64,000 nt of DNA from assembly GCF_963921235.1 (NCBI RefSeq), contig NC_086097.1, forward strand, positions 39,186,001-39,250,000, written 5' to 3'. A program made the translations under genes and the position numbers. The notes under the pieces were generated by a model. The model ran no database searches, was not told where the DNA came from, and was given only the letters and a program-made list of their open reading frames with translations. Below, in pieces: positions 61,765 to 64,000 of the stretch. Source of the DNA: Mobula hypostoma (lineage: Eukaryota). Position 1 is the first letter of the stretch. Every line of letters begins with the position of its first letter.

Positions 61765-63045
61765 AAGTCCTTTTAGAACAGAAATGAGGAGGAATTTCTT
61801 CAGCCAAAGGTTGGTGAATCTGTGGAATTCATTGCCACGGATGACAGTGGAGGCCAATTCATTGGGTATATTTAAAGTGGAAGTGGATATTTTCTTATGG
61901 GATTCATAGTTCAAAGTATATTTATTATGAAAGGTTGAAGGGTAATAACTATTCCTGAATCTGGTGTTGTGAGTGCCGAGGTTCCTGTACCTCCTTTTTG
62001 ATGGCAGCAGTGAGAAGAGAGCATGGCCTGGATAGTGGGTTTCCCTGAGGATGGATGCTGCTTTCCTGTGACAGATGTCTATGTAGATGTGCTCAGTGGT
62101 GGGGAGGGCTTTAGCTGTGATGGACTGGGCTGTATTCATTACTTTGTCTAAGCTTTTCTATTTAAGGGAATTGGTATTTCCATACCAGGCTATGATGCAA
62201 CCAGTCAATATACTCTCCACCACTGGTATGGGTTCTAAGGTCTCTTCTTGGCAGCAGCGAGAAGAGACCATGGCCTTGGGTGGTGATGATGCATACTGCT
62301 TTACTGTGTCAACACTCTGTGTAGATGTGCTCAGTGGTGGAGAGGACTGTACATGATGGACTGGGCTGTATCCACTACTTTATGTAGGATTTTCCGTTCA
62401 AGGGCATTGGTGTTTCCATACACTATGATGCATCCAGTCAATGTATGCTCCACTACCCATCTATTGAAGTTTGTCCAAGTTTTAGATGTCATGTCAAATA
62501 TTTGCAAGGTTTTAAGGAACACACACAAAATGCTGGAGAAACTCAGAGGGCCAGGCAGCATCCATGGAAAAAAGTAGAGTCGACGTTTTGGGCCGAGACC
62601 CTTCAGCAGAATTTCCGGCATCTTCCAGCCCATGATCTTTGCCGGCCTTTTAACATACCCCAAGATCAATCTAACCTTTCCCTCCCACATAGCCCTTTTT
62701 CTTTTCTTTCATCCGTGTCCCAAAGAGTCTCTTAAATGTCCCTAATGTATGCATCTCTACCACCACCCTGGGCAGTGCTTTCCATGCACTTTCCACTCTG
62801 TGTGACGGGGGAGAAAAACTACCTCTGACATGTTCCCTATAGATTCGTCTAATCACCTTAAAAGGTTGTCCTCTTCTATAAGCCATTGCCACCCTGGAAG
62901 AAAGGTGCTGGCCATTCTATGTATGCCTCTTATCAGCTTATAAACCTCTATCAAGTCTCTTCTCATGCTGCTTCATGCTGAAGTTAGAACCCCTAACTTA
63001 CTCAACTTCTCCTCAGGACATGCTCTCTAATCTAGGCACCATCCC
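61765..63045. mobile_element. Mosaic of CR1 (+, 61765-61900), Rex1 (-, 61910-62510), PLE pLTR (-, 62515-62608) and CR1 3' end (-, 62610-63045)
   Basis: Motifs shared with other copies in the window (RRNFFSQR; PGHALFSLLPS; pLTR hammerhead remnant). Confidence 0.65.
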
Positions 63046-64000
63046 CCAACTGTAGCTATAATCTTTCTGGCTATTAATAAGCTCTCCCTCCGATTGTTGA
63101 TACTGAGGGTGACTGCGAACATAATACCATTGAACGTTAATTGTGTTGGTTAGACTCTGGCTTTCTGGTCATCGCTCAGCACTTTGTTGTGAATATTAAT
63201 TGCCATTTACCAGCTTATTTGCTGAACATTGTCATGCTGCATGAAATTGAAAATTGAGCATTCACTGGTGAACACCCCATTGTTTACTTTCTGAAAGGCA
63301 GCTGTTTGTGTCTTGGAAACTGTTGTTAGGAATTCTTGCATTAATAATAACAGCCACCTTATTTTTGTGTGAGGTGTGACTCCAGCCATTTGCGTAGTTT
63401 TTGTCCTTGATGCATATTGATTGCAGTTTAATAAGGGGTTCATAATACCATACTACTTAGTGTCATGTCTCACTATTTACCTCTGGAGTTTAGCTTTTTG
63501 GTCCACGCTTGGACCAAGACTGTGATCAGGTTTGTAGTCTGCGTGCTTGATCTTTTCAACACAAGTTCGATTTTGTTTGTTTTTCTTCAGTAAATATGCA
63601 TCACTGACACTTTCAAGTCAAGAATTATCTACATTTTTTGCTGTTTTTTCCTTTATCAGTATTATCTTGCAGCTCAGCTCTTTATATTCCTTTTCACATG
63701 AGCAGCAAATGTGATTTTGTAAGTGAGAATTCAAATGAAATATCCCTAATCGTTTAACTTAACCATAAATAAGGTTCATTAGAAACTATGTCATTGCTTT
63801 GTATATATTCTAGTTAAAGACAAAGTAAATGATTGCTAGAATATCCCAGTGATTTGAAAGCTTCATTGTCTCTTCCAAGATACTGTACCTTTGGAGAGTG
63901 TTTTGAAGATGTGATACAATACCTAGTTCTCTGCCGGTGCTGCCTGGCCTTCTTTGTTCCAGTGTGAATAAAGTTAAACTGTAACCTAACTTTAAGTGAG

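Noticed and set aside
59453..64000. Search for the next FANCM exon (exon 12 equivalent)
   Set aside because: No convincing splice-bounded matching peptide; it is probably downstream of the window.

Overview
Vertebrate nuclear DNA, most likely a cartilaginous fish (ray or shark); this is inferred from the repeat families and FANCM divergence. Seven phase-compatible + strand exons encode the central FANCM helicase region (equivalent to human exons 5-11 as I recall them, with SF2 motifs IV-VI). Most of the intronic sequence is transposon-derived: two L1-type LINEs (one near-intact, with a 13-bp TSD), a full-length esterase-ORF1 CR1, RTE, Rex1/Babar and Tc1 remnants, SINEs, and many Penelope-like (PLE, GIY-YIG) copies. 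Three observations stand out. (1) An unidentified multi-exon gene is nested antisense in a FANCM intron at about 6.8-9.4 kb. (2) About 15 PLE-borne minimal hammerhead ribozyme motifs are present, three of them intact and on the FANCM sense strand. (3) A two-donor locally templated insertion sits at 36.6-36.9 kb. No prokaryotic features or CRISPR arrays were found. All alignments were done by eye and no database search was run.
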